DNA of 64,000 bases from an uncultured Chloroflexia bacterium (GCA_963763775.1 CAVXPZ010000001.1:1216001-1280000); one strand, 5' to 3'; positions 1-11,659 are shown, counted from the first letter of the stretch. Numbers and translations are program-made. The notes: a model not told the origin generated them from the letters alone.

Positions 1-217
1 GGCCCTTGATGAACCGCAGGCGCTCGATGTCCGAGGGGTCGTACAGGCGGTAGTCGCCGTCGGATCGCGCGGCGGGCTCGAGCAGCCCGACCTCCTCGTA
101 GTAGCGGATCGAGCGAGTCGTCAGGCCGAGTTCGGCCGCGACCTCGTTGATCCGGAGGAGGCGGGGTTCGGGCGTGGCGGGGGCCGTCGAGGCGGCGCGG
201 GCGGGCGAGTCGGTCAT
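1..217 (-). CDS. MerR-family transcriptional regulator (runs off window edge)
   Basis: Manual translation from ATG at 217: MTDSPA...LRINEVAAELGLTTRSIRYYEEVGLLEPAARSDGDYRLYDPSDIERLRFIKG, a typical MerR winged-HTH signature. Confidence 0.9.
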   Translation of the reverse strand, partial: MTDSPARAASTAPATPEPRLLRINEVAAELGLTTRSIRYYEEVGLLEPAARSDGDYRLYDPSDIERLRFIKG

Positions 218-239
218 GTCTCCCCCGGATGCTAGCACA

Positions 240-261
240 ACCTTGACGTTCACGTAAAGGT
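240..261. promoter_or_regulatory. MerR-type operator palindrome
   Basis: ACCTTGACGT-TC-ACGTAAAGGT (10-2-10, one mismatch) upstream of the merR-like gene; contains TTGACG on +; a TAGCAT -10 lies nearby on -. Confidence 0.7.
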
Positions 262-372
262 CATAGCCATCGCGAGGCCGCTCCCCCGGCTCCCGCCGCG
301 GGAGCACGCCGAGAACGCCAGAGGTGTACCGTCCGGCATCCGGTCATGCAAGGTCGCTCCAGGGAGGGTCCC

Positions 373-738
373 ATGCGGTTCATCCAGGAGATCGGGTACA
401 CGGTCCGCCTCGGTCAGGAGGAGGCCCACCAGCGCTGGCTGATCGACAACGACGCCGCGCTGCGAGCGGCCGCGCCGGCTGGCACGACGTATCTCGGCAC
501 GTTCACGGTGGTCTTCTCGTCCGAGAAGCACGCCGGCGGGTACAAGGTCCTGATGGAGCTCGACAGCTACGGCGCCATGGACGCAGCCGCGGCCGCGATG
601 AAGGACCCGAACAGCGACTGGGCACGACTGCTGCTCGAGTCGTCGGTGTTCTGGGAGACGGACCTCAACGCGGCATGGAGCAACGGGCTGCTCAAGAACG
701 TCGTCGACGCGACGATCTGGGATCCGAAGCAGGAGTAG
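373..738 (+). CDS. hypothetical protein
   Basis: GGAGG SD then ATG (MRFIQEIGYTV...WDPKQE); strong GC3 codon bias. Confidence 0.7.
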   Translation: MRFIQEIGYTVRLGQEEAHQRWLIDNDAALRAAAPAGTTYLGTFTVVFSSEKHAGGYKVLMELDSYGAMDAAAAAMKDPNSDWARLLLESSVFWETDLNAAWSNGLLKNVVDATIWDPKQE

Positions 739-743
739 TCGAC

Positions 744-956
744 ATGGTCGAATACGGGAATGGCGTCGGTCAGGTCGCCGGCCGCGCGAACGGCGGGTCG
801 GGCGGCGGCGGCGGCTCGATGGACATGGGTGCCTCGCTCGGCCGGTTCGTCAACGACTCCGCCCACACGATCTCGACGATGCCGCCGGCCGCGCTTCTGG
901 CGGGCATCTTCCTGATCGTGGTCGGGTTCTTCGTGCTCAAGCGGGTGCTGTTCTAG
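744..956 (+). CDS. small membrane protein
   Basis: MVEYGNGVGQ..., Gly-rich N-terminus and C-terminal TM helix (ALLAGIFLIVVGFFVLKR); AGGAG SD. Confidence 0.6.
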   Translation: MVEYGNGVGQVAGRANGGSGGGGGSMDMGASLGRFVNDSAHTISTMPPAALLAGIFLIVVGFFVLKRVLF

Positions 957-1069
957 ACCGTGGGCCTGGGCCGCGAGATGCCGCGGTCCTGCCCGGGCTG
1001 TGAGGACGGCGGACCCACGCCTCGGTACCTCGCGGCGCTGGCGTCATGCCTGGCGTCATCGCGCTGGCC

Positions 1070-2775
1070 TCAGCGCGCCGAGGCCACCCACTCGCGGACG
1101 TTCGCGCCGAGCGCCTCGAGGCCGAGCGCGCCGTGACCCAGCACGGCGTCGTGGAACCCCCGGATGTCGAACCGAGGGCCGAGGGCCGTCTTCGCCTCGG
1201 CCCTGAGCCGAAGGATCTCCCGTTGGCCGATCTTGTAGGCGAGGGCCTGGCCGGGGAGCGTGATGTAGCGGTCGACCTCGTTGGTGATGTTGCTCGTGGC
1301 CAGCACCGTGTGCTCGACCATGAAGTCGATGGCCTGCTGCCGCGTCCAGCCGAGCGCGTGCATCCCCGTGTCGACGACGAGGCGGCAGGCGCGCCACCCG
1401 TCGAACGAGAGCACGCCGATCCGGTCGAGATCGCCGGTGTAGAGCCCCATCTCGTCGGACAGGCGCTCCGTGTACAGGCCCCAGCCCTCGATGAAGGCCG
1501 TCGGGCCGAGGTGGCGTCGGAAGTCGGGCAGGTCCGCGAGCTCCTGGCCGATCGCGAGCTGGAGGTGGTGGCCCGGGATCGACTCGTGGAACGCGAGCGC
1601 CTCGGCCTCGTAGCGGGGCCGCGTCTCGGGGGCGTAGGTGTTGATGTAGTACTGGCCCGGGCCGCGACCCGTCGAGCGCCGGCTGGCGGTAGTAGGCGAT
1701 GGTCGTGTGCTTGGCCTCGTGCTCGCCGATCTCGACGACCGCGCACGGCGCCTTGGGGAGGATGCCGAACCAGGCCGGGATCGCGTCCGCGGCCCGGGCC
1801 AGCGAGCGTTCGGCGGTCCCGAAGACCTCGACCGCCGTCTCGAAGTGGAGGGCGGGGTCGGCGCGCAGGCGTGCCCGGATCGCCGGCAGGTCCGCCGTGC
1901 CGAGCACGCGCTCGCCGAGCACGGCGAGCTCCGCATCGATGCGCTCGACCTCTTCGAGGCCGATGGCGTGGATCGCCTCGGGCGTCAACGGCAGCGATGT
2001 GTGCATCCGGGCGAGGTGGCCGTACGCCTCCAGGCCGCCCGGGACGTGCGACAGGCCGGGCCGGTCGTCCGGTCGCGCGACCGGCCGGATCACGTCGCGG
2101 ACGACGGCAGCGTACGCCGCGAGTGCGGGCCGGACCACCTCGCGGACCGCCGCGCGGAGCCCGGTGTCGAACCGGTCGCGATCGGCGGGTGACCAGTCGG
2201 CATGCTCGACCTTCAGCGGCGCCAGGAACGGCCCGTCGTCATCGGGCTGCGCGAGCAGGCCGTCGATCTGGTCGAGGACCTTGTCGACGGGCGTCCGGAC
2301 CCCGATGCGCCCGGCCGCGAGCTCGCGCCGGAGGTTGGCCGAATAGGCCTCGAACCACGGCCCGAACGCCCGCCACCGCCCGATCATCGGCCTCGCCTTG
2401 GTCCGGCGTCGCGACCGGCTGGATCGACTCGGTCATGATCGCGATCGACTGCGGGCCGTCCATCGGATCGACGGCCCACGCGCCGAGGTCGGCGTCGAGC
2501 TGGGCCGCGTCGCCCTCGAGCTGGGCCGTCAGCGCGGCCCGGGTCACGCGGTCCTCCGCGGTCAGCCCGGCCGGATCGAGCGCCTCAGCCCGTGCCTGGA
2601 ATGCCGCGACCTCGGCGCGATGGCGGGCGACGGCATCCGGCGACGGGTCGTCGAGCCGGTCGTCATAGCGGCGGTCGCCGAGCGACGTGGCCAGGAGCGG
2701 GCTCGCGACGAGCACGGCCTGCCAGTACTCGGCGGCGAGCTCGGCGAGGGCGGCAGAGGATCCCGGGGGCGCCAC
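1070..2775 (-). CDS. DUF885 family protein (putative metallopeptidase), two apparent frameshifts (~2397, ~1660)
   Basis: Pieces in three frames: [12 protein letters not shown]; [10 protein letters not shown]; EGWGLYTE; [13 protein letters not shown]; [18 protein letters not shown]. Confidence 0.85.
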
Positions 2776-2777
2776 CG

Positions 2778-3758
2778 TCAGTCGAGCGTGAAGTGGTCGG
2801 GGTCCTGGTAGCGGCCCGTGCGCTGGAACTCGATCTGCATCAGCACGTCGTTCAGCAGCGACGACGCCCCGAACCGGAACCAGTCCGGCGACATCCAGCG
2901 CGGTCCGAGCGTCTCGTAGAGGACCACGAGGTACTGGATCGCCTCCTTGGCCGTGCGGATCCCGCCCGCGGGCTTCATCCCGACCTGACGGCCGGTCGCC
3001 CGCTCGAAGTCGCGGATCGCCTCCAGCATCACGAGCGTGACGGGGAGCGTCGCGGCCGGCTGGACCTTGCCGGTGGACGTCTTGATGAAGTCGGCGCCGG
3101 CGGCCATCGCCAGCACCGAGGCCCGGCGGACGTTGTCGTAGGTCTCCAGCTCGCCGGTCTCGAGGATCACCTTGAGATGCGCCTCGCCGGCGGCCTCCTT
3201 GACCTCGACGATCTCCTCGAACACGGTCGCGTAGTCGCCCGACAGGAACGCCCCGCGGTCGATGACCATGTCGATCTCGTCGGCGCCGGCCGCGGCCGCC
3301 GCGCGGACCTCGGCGATCTTGATGTCGCGGAACGTCTGTCCGGACGGGAAACCCGTCGCGACCGAGGCGACCTTGACGGTCGACCCGCGAAGCGCCTCCT
3401 TCGCGTCGGCGACGAGCGCCGGATAGACGCAGACCGCGGCGACGGACGGGATCGTCGGGTCGCCCGGGTGCGGGCGCATCGCCTTCACGCACATCGCGTG
3501 GACCTTGCCCGGCGTGTCCTTCCCCTCGAGGGTGGTCAGGTCCATCATCCGGATGGCGAGGTCGAGGGCCCACATCTTGGAGGCCTTCTTGATCGACCGG
3601 CGCTTGAGCGCGTCGACCCGCTGCTCGACGCCGACCTGGTCCACCGTCGTGACACGCCCGAGCAGGCTGCCGAGCGGTCCTGGACGCCCGTCCCACGCGG
3701 CGATGAGCGCGTTCGCGCGGTCGCGGGCGGGAGTCTCCGGACGTCGAGTGGTCGTCAT
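2778..3758 (-). CDS. deoC: deoxyribose-phosphate aldolase
   Basis: DLTTLEG, VATGFPSG, DEIDMVI, LKVILETGEL, DFIKTSTGK, KPAGGIRT, RFGASSLL. Confidence 0.95.
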   Translation of the reverse strand: MTTTRRPETPARDRANALIAAWDGRPGPLGSLLGRVTTVDQVGVEQRVDALKRRSIKKASKMWALDLAIRMMDLTTLEGKDTPGKVHAMCVKAMRPHPGDPTIPSVAAVCVYPALVADAKEALRGSTVKVASVATGFPSGQTFRDIKIAEVRAAAAAGADEIDMVIDRGAFLSGDYATVFEEIVEVKEAAGEAHLKVILETGELETYDNVRRASVLAMAAGADFIKTSTGKVQPAATLPVTLVMLEAIRDFERATGRQVGMKPAGGIRTAKEAIQYLVVLYETLGPRWMSPDWFRFGASSLLNDVLMQIEFQRTGRYQDPDHFTLD

Positions 3759-3839
3759 GGGACGCGCAGGATACACCCGACCCGGGGGAGGTCCGGCGAC
3801 GGTCCGCCGGGCGCTCCCACGGCAGTCCGGCCGGCCGAC

Positions 3840-5975
3840 CTAGCGACCCCCGCGCACCTTCGGCAGCGGTGGCATCCCGCGCTTCCCATCGACCAGGAAG
3901 TGGCGGAACCAGCCCTCGACGACGCCGAGGTTCTCGACCCGCCGAAACGGCGTCCCCGAGCGCGTCAGCTCGTGCGTGTCCTCCGGGACCCGAAGGAGGC
4001 GCACCGGCCGCCGCAGCGAGCGCAGCGTCGTGAACAGCGCCTCGGCCTGGCCGATCGTCGTGCGCAGGTCGCGCTCGGAGTGCTGGATGAGCAGCGGCGT
4101 GCGGATGTTCGTGGCGTCGCTGATCGGCGAGATCTCGCGATAGTACGCCGGGTCCTCCCACGGCGTGACATCGAAGATCTGGCGCGCCCAGTCGACGCCG
4201 CTGATGTCGCCCGTCAGGAAGAGCGACCGCCATGTCGCTGACCGAGCGGCACGTCATCGCGGCCTTGAACCGCTGATCGTGGCCCGACGATCCAGAGTCG
4301 TGAGGTAGCCGCCGTACGAGCCGCCGGTGACGCCGAGGCGCTCGGGATCGGCAAGACCGTCGGCCACGAGCGCGTCGACCCCGGCGAGCACGTCGCGCGT
4401 CGGCCCGGGCCCCCAGTCGCGGTGGTTGCCGTCGCAGAAGTCCTGGCCATAGCCCTCGGAGCCGCGCGGGTTGCAGTAGAAGACGCTGACGCCCGCGGCG
4501 ACGAGGACCTGGAACTCCCAGACCGGCGCCCATCCGTAGAGCGTCGCCGGCCCGCCATGGATCTCGGTGACGAGCGGCTGCGCGCCGTCGCCGGCGGGGA
4601 TGAGCCAGCCCTGGATGTCGAGGCCGTCGACGGTCACGTGGCGTTCGACCGGCTCGCGCAGCGTCAGCTCCCCGAGGACGTCGGCGTTGAACGCCGTGAG
4701 CCGGCGCGGCTCCGCGTCGCCGTCGAGGAACCACACGTCCGGCGTCTCGGTCGGCGTCGAGCGGATGTACGCGATGCGCGACCGGCCGCGCGGTCCCGCG
4801 ATCGCATCCCAGCCGGAGATGTAGTGCTGGCCGGTCGTCAGGCGCTGGAGCCGGCTGTCGGCGACGCTGATCCGCCAGAGCTCGTACGAACCGTCGATCG
4901 GGGCGCTGAACAGCACGGCGGAGCCGTCCGCGGTCGCGGCCGGCGGCGTCGCCTCGCCGGGCGTGACGTCGCTGCCCATCCCCGAGACCGGCATCAGGTC
5001 GTGCCGGCCCGAGAGGTTCCGGCCGCCCGTCGGCGTGGCGTCCGACCCATCCGCGGCGAAGGCCCACAGGTCGTTGCGGCTGCCGGCGCGACCCTCGAGC
5101 CGGCTCCCGAAGGCCAGGACCGACCGGCCATCCGGCAGCCAGGCAGGCCAGCCGAAGACGGACTTCGGGCCGGCGGTGATGGCCGTCACCTGGCGCGTGG
5201 CGGCATCGACGACCCAGATGTCCTGGCGGTTGAAGAGGTCGTGGTCGCGTCGACGGTTCGAGGCGAAGGCGATCCGCGTCCCGTCGGGCGACCACGCCGG
5301 CGATTCGTCGCCCCACGGGCCGTCGGTCAGTCGCGTCGCCTCGCCCGACGCGACATCGACGAGCCACAGATGGTCGACGCGATCGTCGACGAACCCCGCG
5401 CCGTTGAACATGTAGTGGAGCCGGTCGAAGAACCGGTAGTCGGACGGCGGCGGCGCGCCCGGATCGCGCGGGCGGTCAAGCCCCCGGCGGCGCAGGTCGT
5501 CATCGCGCGTCGCCTCGTGCGAGGTCGAGGTGACGACGAGCCGCGACCCGTCCGGCGACCACGCGAAGTCCCCCACGCCTCTCGGCAGGTCGGTCAGCCG
5601 GCGCGCCTCGCCCCCATCGAGCGGGAGGAGGTAGACCTGTCGGATGTCCTCGCGGTCCTTGGTCTCCTTCGGCCTGGTCGGCTCCTCCTCGACGAGCGCG
5701 CGTCGATCCGAGAGGAACGCCAGGGTCCGACCGTCCGGCGAGAACCGCGGATGGTGGTCCTGGCGGGCGCCGAGGGTGAGCCGTCGCGGGGCCGCGGGCG
5801 TGGCGTCGGCGATCGGCTCCGTCGGGATCAGCCAGAGCGCGCTCCGATACCCGTCGTACCCGGGCGCCACGGTCTGCACCGTGACGACGACGGTGCGACC
5901 GTCCGGGGACAGGCGCGGGCCGGTGGGGATCCGCAGGCGGTACAGGTCGTCGGGGCGCGGCGGACGGGGCAACAC
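3840..5975 (-). CDS. S9 family (acylaminoacyl/dipeptidyl) peptidase with beta-propeller; frameshifts near 4295 and 4230
   Basis: SPDG repeats, EIHGGP, NPRGSEGYG, GVTGGSYGG nucleophile motif, C-terminal HELTRSG; GGAGG SD before GTG 5975. Confidence 0.9.
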
Positions 5976-6028
5976 TGACCTCCGTTGAAGGGGACGCCCG
6001 AAGTCTACCGGGATACCATCGACCCACG

Positions 6029-6767
6029 ATGTCCGACCAGCTCTCGCTGCGGCTCGAGACCGACCTCCTGCCGGACCTGCCCGACTTCCGGCCGATGCAG
6101 CCACGTCCACTGCCGGAGGCGTTCGATTCGGACGAGCACCTCTTCGAACCGTGGTGGGGTGGCCGCCGCGCCCTGGTGCTGATCGGGCCCGGCGACCTCC
6201 CCGGGACGGGCGACGTGCGGATCGTGGACGCCGATGGGGCGGACCTCTCCGCGGCATTCCCGGAGCTGGCCGGGATGGCCGTCCGGATCGCCGCGCGCTC
6301 CGCGATCCTCGACGGCGAACTCGTCGTGGTGGACGCGAGTGGTCGAGCGGACGCCGCCGCGCTCGAGGGGCGGCTCGGCGGGGCGCCCGGACGACCGGCG
6401 GCGTTCCTCGCGTTCGACCTGCTCCACCTCGACGGCCGCACGCTCATCTCGCAGCCGCTGGTCAAGCGGCGCGAGGCGCTTGCGGCGCGTCCTGCGACCG
6501 GGCGACGAGGTCGTGGCCGTGCCGGCGATCGCGACCGAAGGCCGAGCGCTGTACGACGCGGCCGTGGCCCAGGGCATCGCCGGGATCCTGGCCCGCCAGC
6601 GGATGAGCCCGTACCTGCCCGGGATGCGGAGCCGCCTCTGGCGGTATGTGGCGGCCACGCCGGGCGCGAGTCCCGACGCGGCGTCTGGCGACGCCGAGGT
6701 GACGGCGGCCGCCTCGGCACCGGTCCTCGCGCTGATCAGCCGCCTCCCGCTCGACGACGAGACGTAG
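6029..6767 (+). CDS. ATP-dependent DNA ligase (LigC/LigD) adenylation-domain homolog with degenerate catalytic motifs; frameshift ~6485
   Basis: PMQPR, LFEPWWGGRRAL, DLSAAFPEL, ILDGELVV, FLAFDLLHLDG, SPYLPGMRS; no OB domain. Confidence 0.75.
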
Positions 6768-6775
6768 CCGCGCGG

Positions 6776-8095
6776 CTACCCCGCGCGGCGCGCCGCCGCG
6801 ATGAACCGGCGCAGACCCGGGCGCTGTCCGTAGAGAAGGACGCCCGCCTCGTACATGCGGGTGGCGACCACCGCGACGAGCACGATCGACACGAGCAAGA
6901 GCCCGATCGACAGCGCGAGCTGCCACGGCGGCACCGCCTCGGTCATCAGGCGAGCGAGCATCACGAACGGGCTGAACGGCGGGAGCATCGACGCGAGGGT
7001 CGTCAGCCGCCCGCCGCCCCCGGTCAGGGCCAGCAAGGCGATGAGGTACCCGGACATCGCGACCAGGCTCAGCGGCAAGGACAGCGTCTGGAGGTCGTCG
7101 GGCCGGCTCACGAACGAGCCCATCGCGGCGTAGATGAGCGCGAACAACGCGAAGCCCAGCAGGAAGAACACGCCGTACCCGAGGAGCAGACCCGGCGTGA
7201 GGCCGACGATCGAGGACCCGGCGCCGGCCGGCCCCATGAGACCTTCGGCGATGCGGTCCTGGAGCGCCACGATGACGAGCGCCGGGATCGCGATCGCGGC
7301 GTACTGCGTGAGGCCGGCTGCGCCGATCCCGACCACCTTGCCGGTCAGCAGCTGGCGCGGCGACGCGGCGCTGATCATCAGCTCCATGACGCGGCTGCTC
7401 TTCTCGGAGGCGACGCCCATCGCCACCCACATGCCGTAGATGATCACGGTCAGGAACAGCAGGATCACGAACACGAGGCCGAGGAAGCTCCGGCTGGCCA
7501 CCACCGTCGGGTCGATGACCTGCCCGCCCTCGATGGGGGCATTGATCTGGTCGATGCGGAACGATGGCTGCTGGAACGGCCGCGCTTGCACGCCGGCCGG
7601 CAGGTCCGACGTCCAGTCGATGATCGACGTCGCGAGCGCGGCGAACCCCATGAGCTGGCTCCGCACGCCGTCCGGTCGGCCCGGCGTCCGGTACACGATG
7701 TCGAGCTGGCCCGCCGTGCCGCGATGGATGAGCATCACGCCGCCGGCGCTCCCGGCCGCGAGGGCCGCATCGGCCGCGGCCTCGTCCGACGCCGTCTCGA
7801 TGGAGAAGGGCTTCCGCCACGCGGCCTTGTCGACGCCGTCGGGCGGCAGGTTCAGCATGCTGTCGGTGATCGCGAGCGCGCGCTGCCCGAGCTCCGGCTC
7901 GTCGGCGACGACCAGGATCCGCGTCACGGTCTGGCGGTCCATGTACTTGATCGCGATGGGCGCGAACGCCACCCCGACCGCGAGCGTCATCAACACGATC
8001 GTCGACACGACGAAGAACGGGCTCCGGACCCGGTCGCGGTACTCGCGCCGGGCCACGATGCCCGCGTTCGGCAGCAATCGGTCGCGCGTGGCCAT
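6776..8095 (-). CDS. ABC-2 type transporter permease (NatB/YhaP-like)
   Basis: VASEKSSRVMELMIS...QLLTGKVVG, PPFSPFVMLAR; multiple TM segments. Confidence 0.9.
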   Translation of the reverse strand: MATRDRLLPNAGIVARREYRDRVRSPFFVVSTIVLMTLAVGVAFAPIAIKYMDRQTVTRILVVADEPELGQRALAITDSMLNLPPDGVDKAAWRKPFSIETASDEAAADAALAAGSAGGVMLIHRGTAGQLDIVYRTPGRPDGVRSQLMGFAALATSIIDWTSDLPAGVQARPFQQPSFRIDQINAPIEGGQVIDPTVVASRSFLGLVFVILLFLTVIIYGMWVAMGVASEKSSRVMELMISAASPRQLLTGKVVGIGAAGLTQYAAIAIPALVIVALQDRIAEGLMGPAGAGSSIVGLTPGLLLGYGVFFLLGFALFALIYAAMGSFVSRPDDLQTLSLPLSLVAMSGYLIALLALTGGGGRLTTLASMLPPFSPFVMLARLMTEAVPPWQLALSIGLLLVSIVLVAVVATRMYEAGVLLYGQRPGLRRFIAAARRAG

Positions 8096-9063
8096 CAGGC
8101 GGCTCCGCCGGCCGGTGCCGGCTGCGGCCGGATGTCGGTCACGAGGGTCGCGTCGTCATCGGGCGAGCGTCCGACGACCTGGATGAACAGCGCTTCCAGG
8201 CTGGGCTCGGTGACTTCGAACCGGCGGACGGCGGCGCCGCGCGATACGACCGCCGCGAGGATCGCGGCGGGCTCCGTCCCAGCGGCAACCTCGAGCTCCA
8301 CGTAGCCCGGCCCCGGTCGCACGGCCACGACACCGGTGAGCGCCGCGAGCCACCCCGGTGCGACCTCCCCGTCCAGCCCGAGCCGGATGGACCGATGCCC
8401 GCTGGCCCGCTTGAGATCGGCGAGCGTGCCGCCGGCCACGACCCGTCCGCGATCGACGATCGCGACGGATTCGCAGAGCGCCTCCGCGGCCTCCATCTGG
8501 TGCGTGGAGAAGATGAGTGTCCGGCCGTCGTCCCGAAGTTCGAGGAACGCTTCGCGCAGGATGCCGAGGTTGACCGGGTCGAGACCCGTGAACGGCTCGT
8601 CCATCAGCAGCACCGACGGCCCGTGGAGGACCGCGGCGATGAACTGGACCTTCTGCTGGTTGCCCTTCGAGAGCTCCTCGGCGCGCCGCCGCGCGACGTC
8701 GGCGATCCGGAACCGCTCGAGCCAGCCCAGCGCGTCGCGCTTCGCGGTCGCGGGTTCGACGCCGTAGAGCGAGGCGAAGTACACGAGCTGGTCGAGCACC
8801 GGCATCCGCGGGTACAGGCCGCGCTCCTCGGGGAGGTAGCCCCACATCCGGCGCGGCAGCTCCGCGACCTGGCGCCCGTCCCAGCGGACCTCGCCCTCGT
8901 CGGCGTGGAGGATCCCGAGGCAGATCCGCATCGTGGTGGTCTTGCCCGCACCGTTCGCGCCAAGGAACCCGAAGATCTCGCCGCGGGGCACGTCGAACGA
9001 GAGCCCGTCGAGGGCGAGCGTGGCGGCGAATCGCTTGGTGACGCGATCGATCTCCAGGGTCAC
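8095..9063 (-). CDS. ABC transporter ATP-binding protein (NatA/YhaQ-like)
   Basis: GANGAGKTT, LSKGNQQ, LLMDEPFTGLDP, C-terminal EPSLEALF. Confidence 0.95.
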   Translation of the reverse strand: MTLEIDRVTKRFAATLALDGLSFDVPRGEIFGFLGANGAGKTTTMRICLGILHADEGEVRWDGRQVAELPRRMWGYLPEERGLYPRMPVLDQLVYFASLYGVEPATAKRDALGWLERFRIADVARRRAEELSKGNQQKVQFIAAVLHGPSVLLMDEPFTGLDPVNLGILREAFLELRDDGRTLIFSTHQMEAAEALCESVAIVDRGRVVAGGTLADLKRASGHRSIRLGLDGEVAPGWLAALTGVVAVRPGPGYVELEVAAGTEPAAILAAVVSRGAAVRRFEVTEPSLEALFIQVVGRSPDDDATLVTDIRPQPAPAGGAA

Positions 9064-9129
9064 GGCCCGAGGATAGCCGGGGTCGGGCGGCGTCGCCGTT
9101 GGCTCGATGGTCCGGGGTGTGTCGTCGCC

Positions 9130-11659
9130 TCAGGCGATCCAGAGCCGTCCACGAGCGGTGCGCACGATCTCGGCGAGAACCGCCGGCGCCAGCGCGACCA
9201 CGGCGACGATCGCCCAATCGGACGCGTCGAGCGGCGTGGCCCGGAAGATCTCCTGGAGCGCCGGCACGTGCGGGATCAGGGCCTGGAAGGCGACCGTGGC
9301 GATCGCGACCGTCAGCAGGAACCCGTTCATCGAGAGGCGGTGCAAGGGGATCCGCAGGCTGCGGTTCGCGTACGCCCGGACCGCCTGCGCGCACACGAGG
9401 GACGTGTACGCCAGCCAGCGCGCGTGCTCGAACGTGCCGGGATGGAACTCCATGATCAGGAGCGCGGCCACGGCGCTGAACCCGCCCGCCACCGTGATCC
9501 GTGCGAGGATCCCGTCCGTCAGGAGCGGCAGCCCGTGCACGCGCGGGGGCCGTCGCATCAGGTCCGGCTCGGGATGCTCGCGCTCGAAGGCGACCGAGGT
9601 CGTCAGGTCGATGAAGAGCTCCATCCACAGGATCTGGATCGGCAGGAGCGGCTGACCGTAGCCGGCGGCGGTCGCGATGAAGATGAAGCCGAGCAGCGCG
9701 ACGTGGGTCGAGATCAGGAAGACGAGGCCCTTCTGCATGTTGTCGACGATGCGGCGGCCCTCGCGCAGGCCGTACATCAGCGTCGCGAACGAGTCGTCGC
9801 CGAGGACCAGGTCGGCCGCCTCCTTCGCGACCGCGGTCCCGGAGCCCATCGCCACGGCGACGTCGGCCCGACTCAGGGCCGGGGCGTCGTTGACCCCGTC
9901 ACCGGTCACCGCCACGGTCCGGCGGCCATCCCGCGCGATGCGGACGAGCCGCTCCTTCTGGTCCGGCGTGGATCGCGCCACGACTCGCATCCGCGGCAGC
10001 TCCTCGGCGAGGCGGGCGTCGTCCCACCCGGCGACCTCGTCGCCGACGACGATGTGGTTCGCATCCAGCCCTGCCTCGCGGGCGATCGCCGCCGCCGTCA
10101 ACGGATGGTCGCCCGTGACCACGATCGTCTGGATCCCCGCCTCGCCGGCTGTCTGGAGGGCCTCGCGGATCCCGTCACGGAGCGGGTCGGCGAACCCGAT
10201 GAGCGCGCGCATGACCCACGGATCGGCACCGTCGCGCGACGCGAGACCGACGAGCCGCTCGCCGCTCGAGGCGCTCGATGTCAGGAGGTCGTCCCATGCG
10301 GTCCTGGTCGAGGGCTCAGGTCCGACGAGGGCCAGCACGACCTCCGGAGCGCCGATCGCGAGCCCGACCTCCGTCCCGCCGCGACGGATGACCGCCGACG
10401 AGTAGGGCCGGCCATCCGCCACGGGCACCGCCGCGACGAGCTCGGCCGCGTCAAGGGTCGGATCGCCGCCGGCATCCGTGATCGCGCGGATGAGCGACCG
10501 CGTGAACGACCCGGGCGCCGACCCGTCGGTGGTCGCCCACGCATCGTCCTCGGCGCGCAAGGCGTCGAGCAGGACCGCGAGCCGGTCGCCTGGGTCGTCG
10601 AGGCGCCCGCCCAGGGTCCGGATCGAGGCGACGTCGAGCCGGTTCCGGGTGAGGGTCCCGGTCTTGTCGGTCACGATGAGATCGATCGCGCCGAGCGTCT
10701 CCTGGGCGTTGAGCCGGCGGACGAGGACGCCGCGCTTGAGCAGCCGGTACGCCCCGAGGCCGAGGATGACCGCGAGCAGGATCGGCGGCTCCTCCGGGAT
10801 CGCCGCGATCGCGGCGGAGACGCCCGCGAGCAGGTTCTGGCCGGCGGTCTGGCCGCGCAGGAACCCGATGCCGGTCACGAAGGCGATCAGGGCCATCGCG
10901 ACCACCAGCAGGATCTTGACGAGGCGATCGAGCTCGGCCTGCAGCGGCGACCGGCGGTGCCCGCGTGGACCGAGCCCGCCGGCGATCTTGCCGACCTCGG
11001 TGGCCTGCCCGATCGCGACCACCACGCCTTCGCCGCGTCCCCCGACGACGCTCGTGCCCGCGTAGGCGATGCGAGCGACGCTCGGCGAGCGGGGCGTCCT
11101 CCGGGTCGGGCTCGACGACGCCGGGCTCGGGGACCGACTCCCCGGTGAGGATGCTGCGGTCGACGACCAGCCGATCGACCCGGACGAGGCGCAGGTCCGC
11201 CGCGACGATGTCGCCGCCGCGGAGGAGGACGACGTCACCCGGCACGATGGTCGCCGCGGGCACGTCGTCGACGATGCCGCCCCGCCGGACGCGGGCCATC
11301 GGCGCGCTCGCCTCGCGCAACGCCTCGAGGGCGCGCTCCCCGCGATACCCCGTCACGACGTCCGCGATGACGATCGGCAGGAGACCCGCCAGGACGAGGA
11401 GCCCGTCGCGGACCTCGCCGAGCAGGATCGCGGCGCCGCCCGCGACGAGCAGGAGCAGCACGAACGGCTCCGTGGCGGCGTCCACGATCATCCGCAGCAC
11501 GGACTCGTGCTCGACCGGCTCAAGCTCGTTCCGGCCGCTCTCGGCAGCGCGGCGCTCGACCTCGTCGAGGGCGAGTCCGACTCGAGGGTCGACCCCGAGG
11601 AGCGTCTCGACCGCCTCGGCGGTGCTCGCGTACGGCGGGGCCTGCATGGGCCTCATCAT
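9130..11659 (-). CDS. cation-transporting P-type ATPase (type II-like); frameshift ~11075
   Basis: TGES, AIPEE, DKTGTLT, VTGDHP, TGDGVNDAPAL. Confidence 0.9.

Noticed and set aside
2239-5367. 1042-aa ORF and many other long Arg/Gly/Pro-rich ORFs (e.g. 40746-43697, 8395-11148, 6029-8305)
   Set aside because: Shadow frames of real genes in very GC-rich DNA; only short parts belong to frameshifted genes
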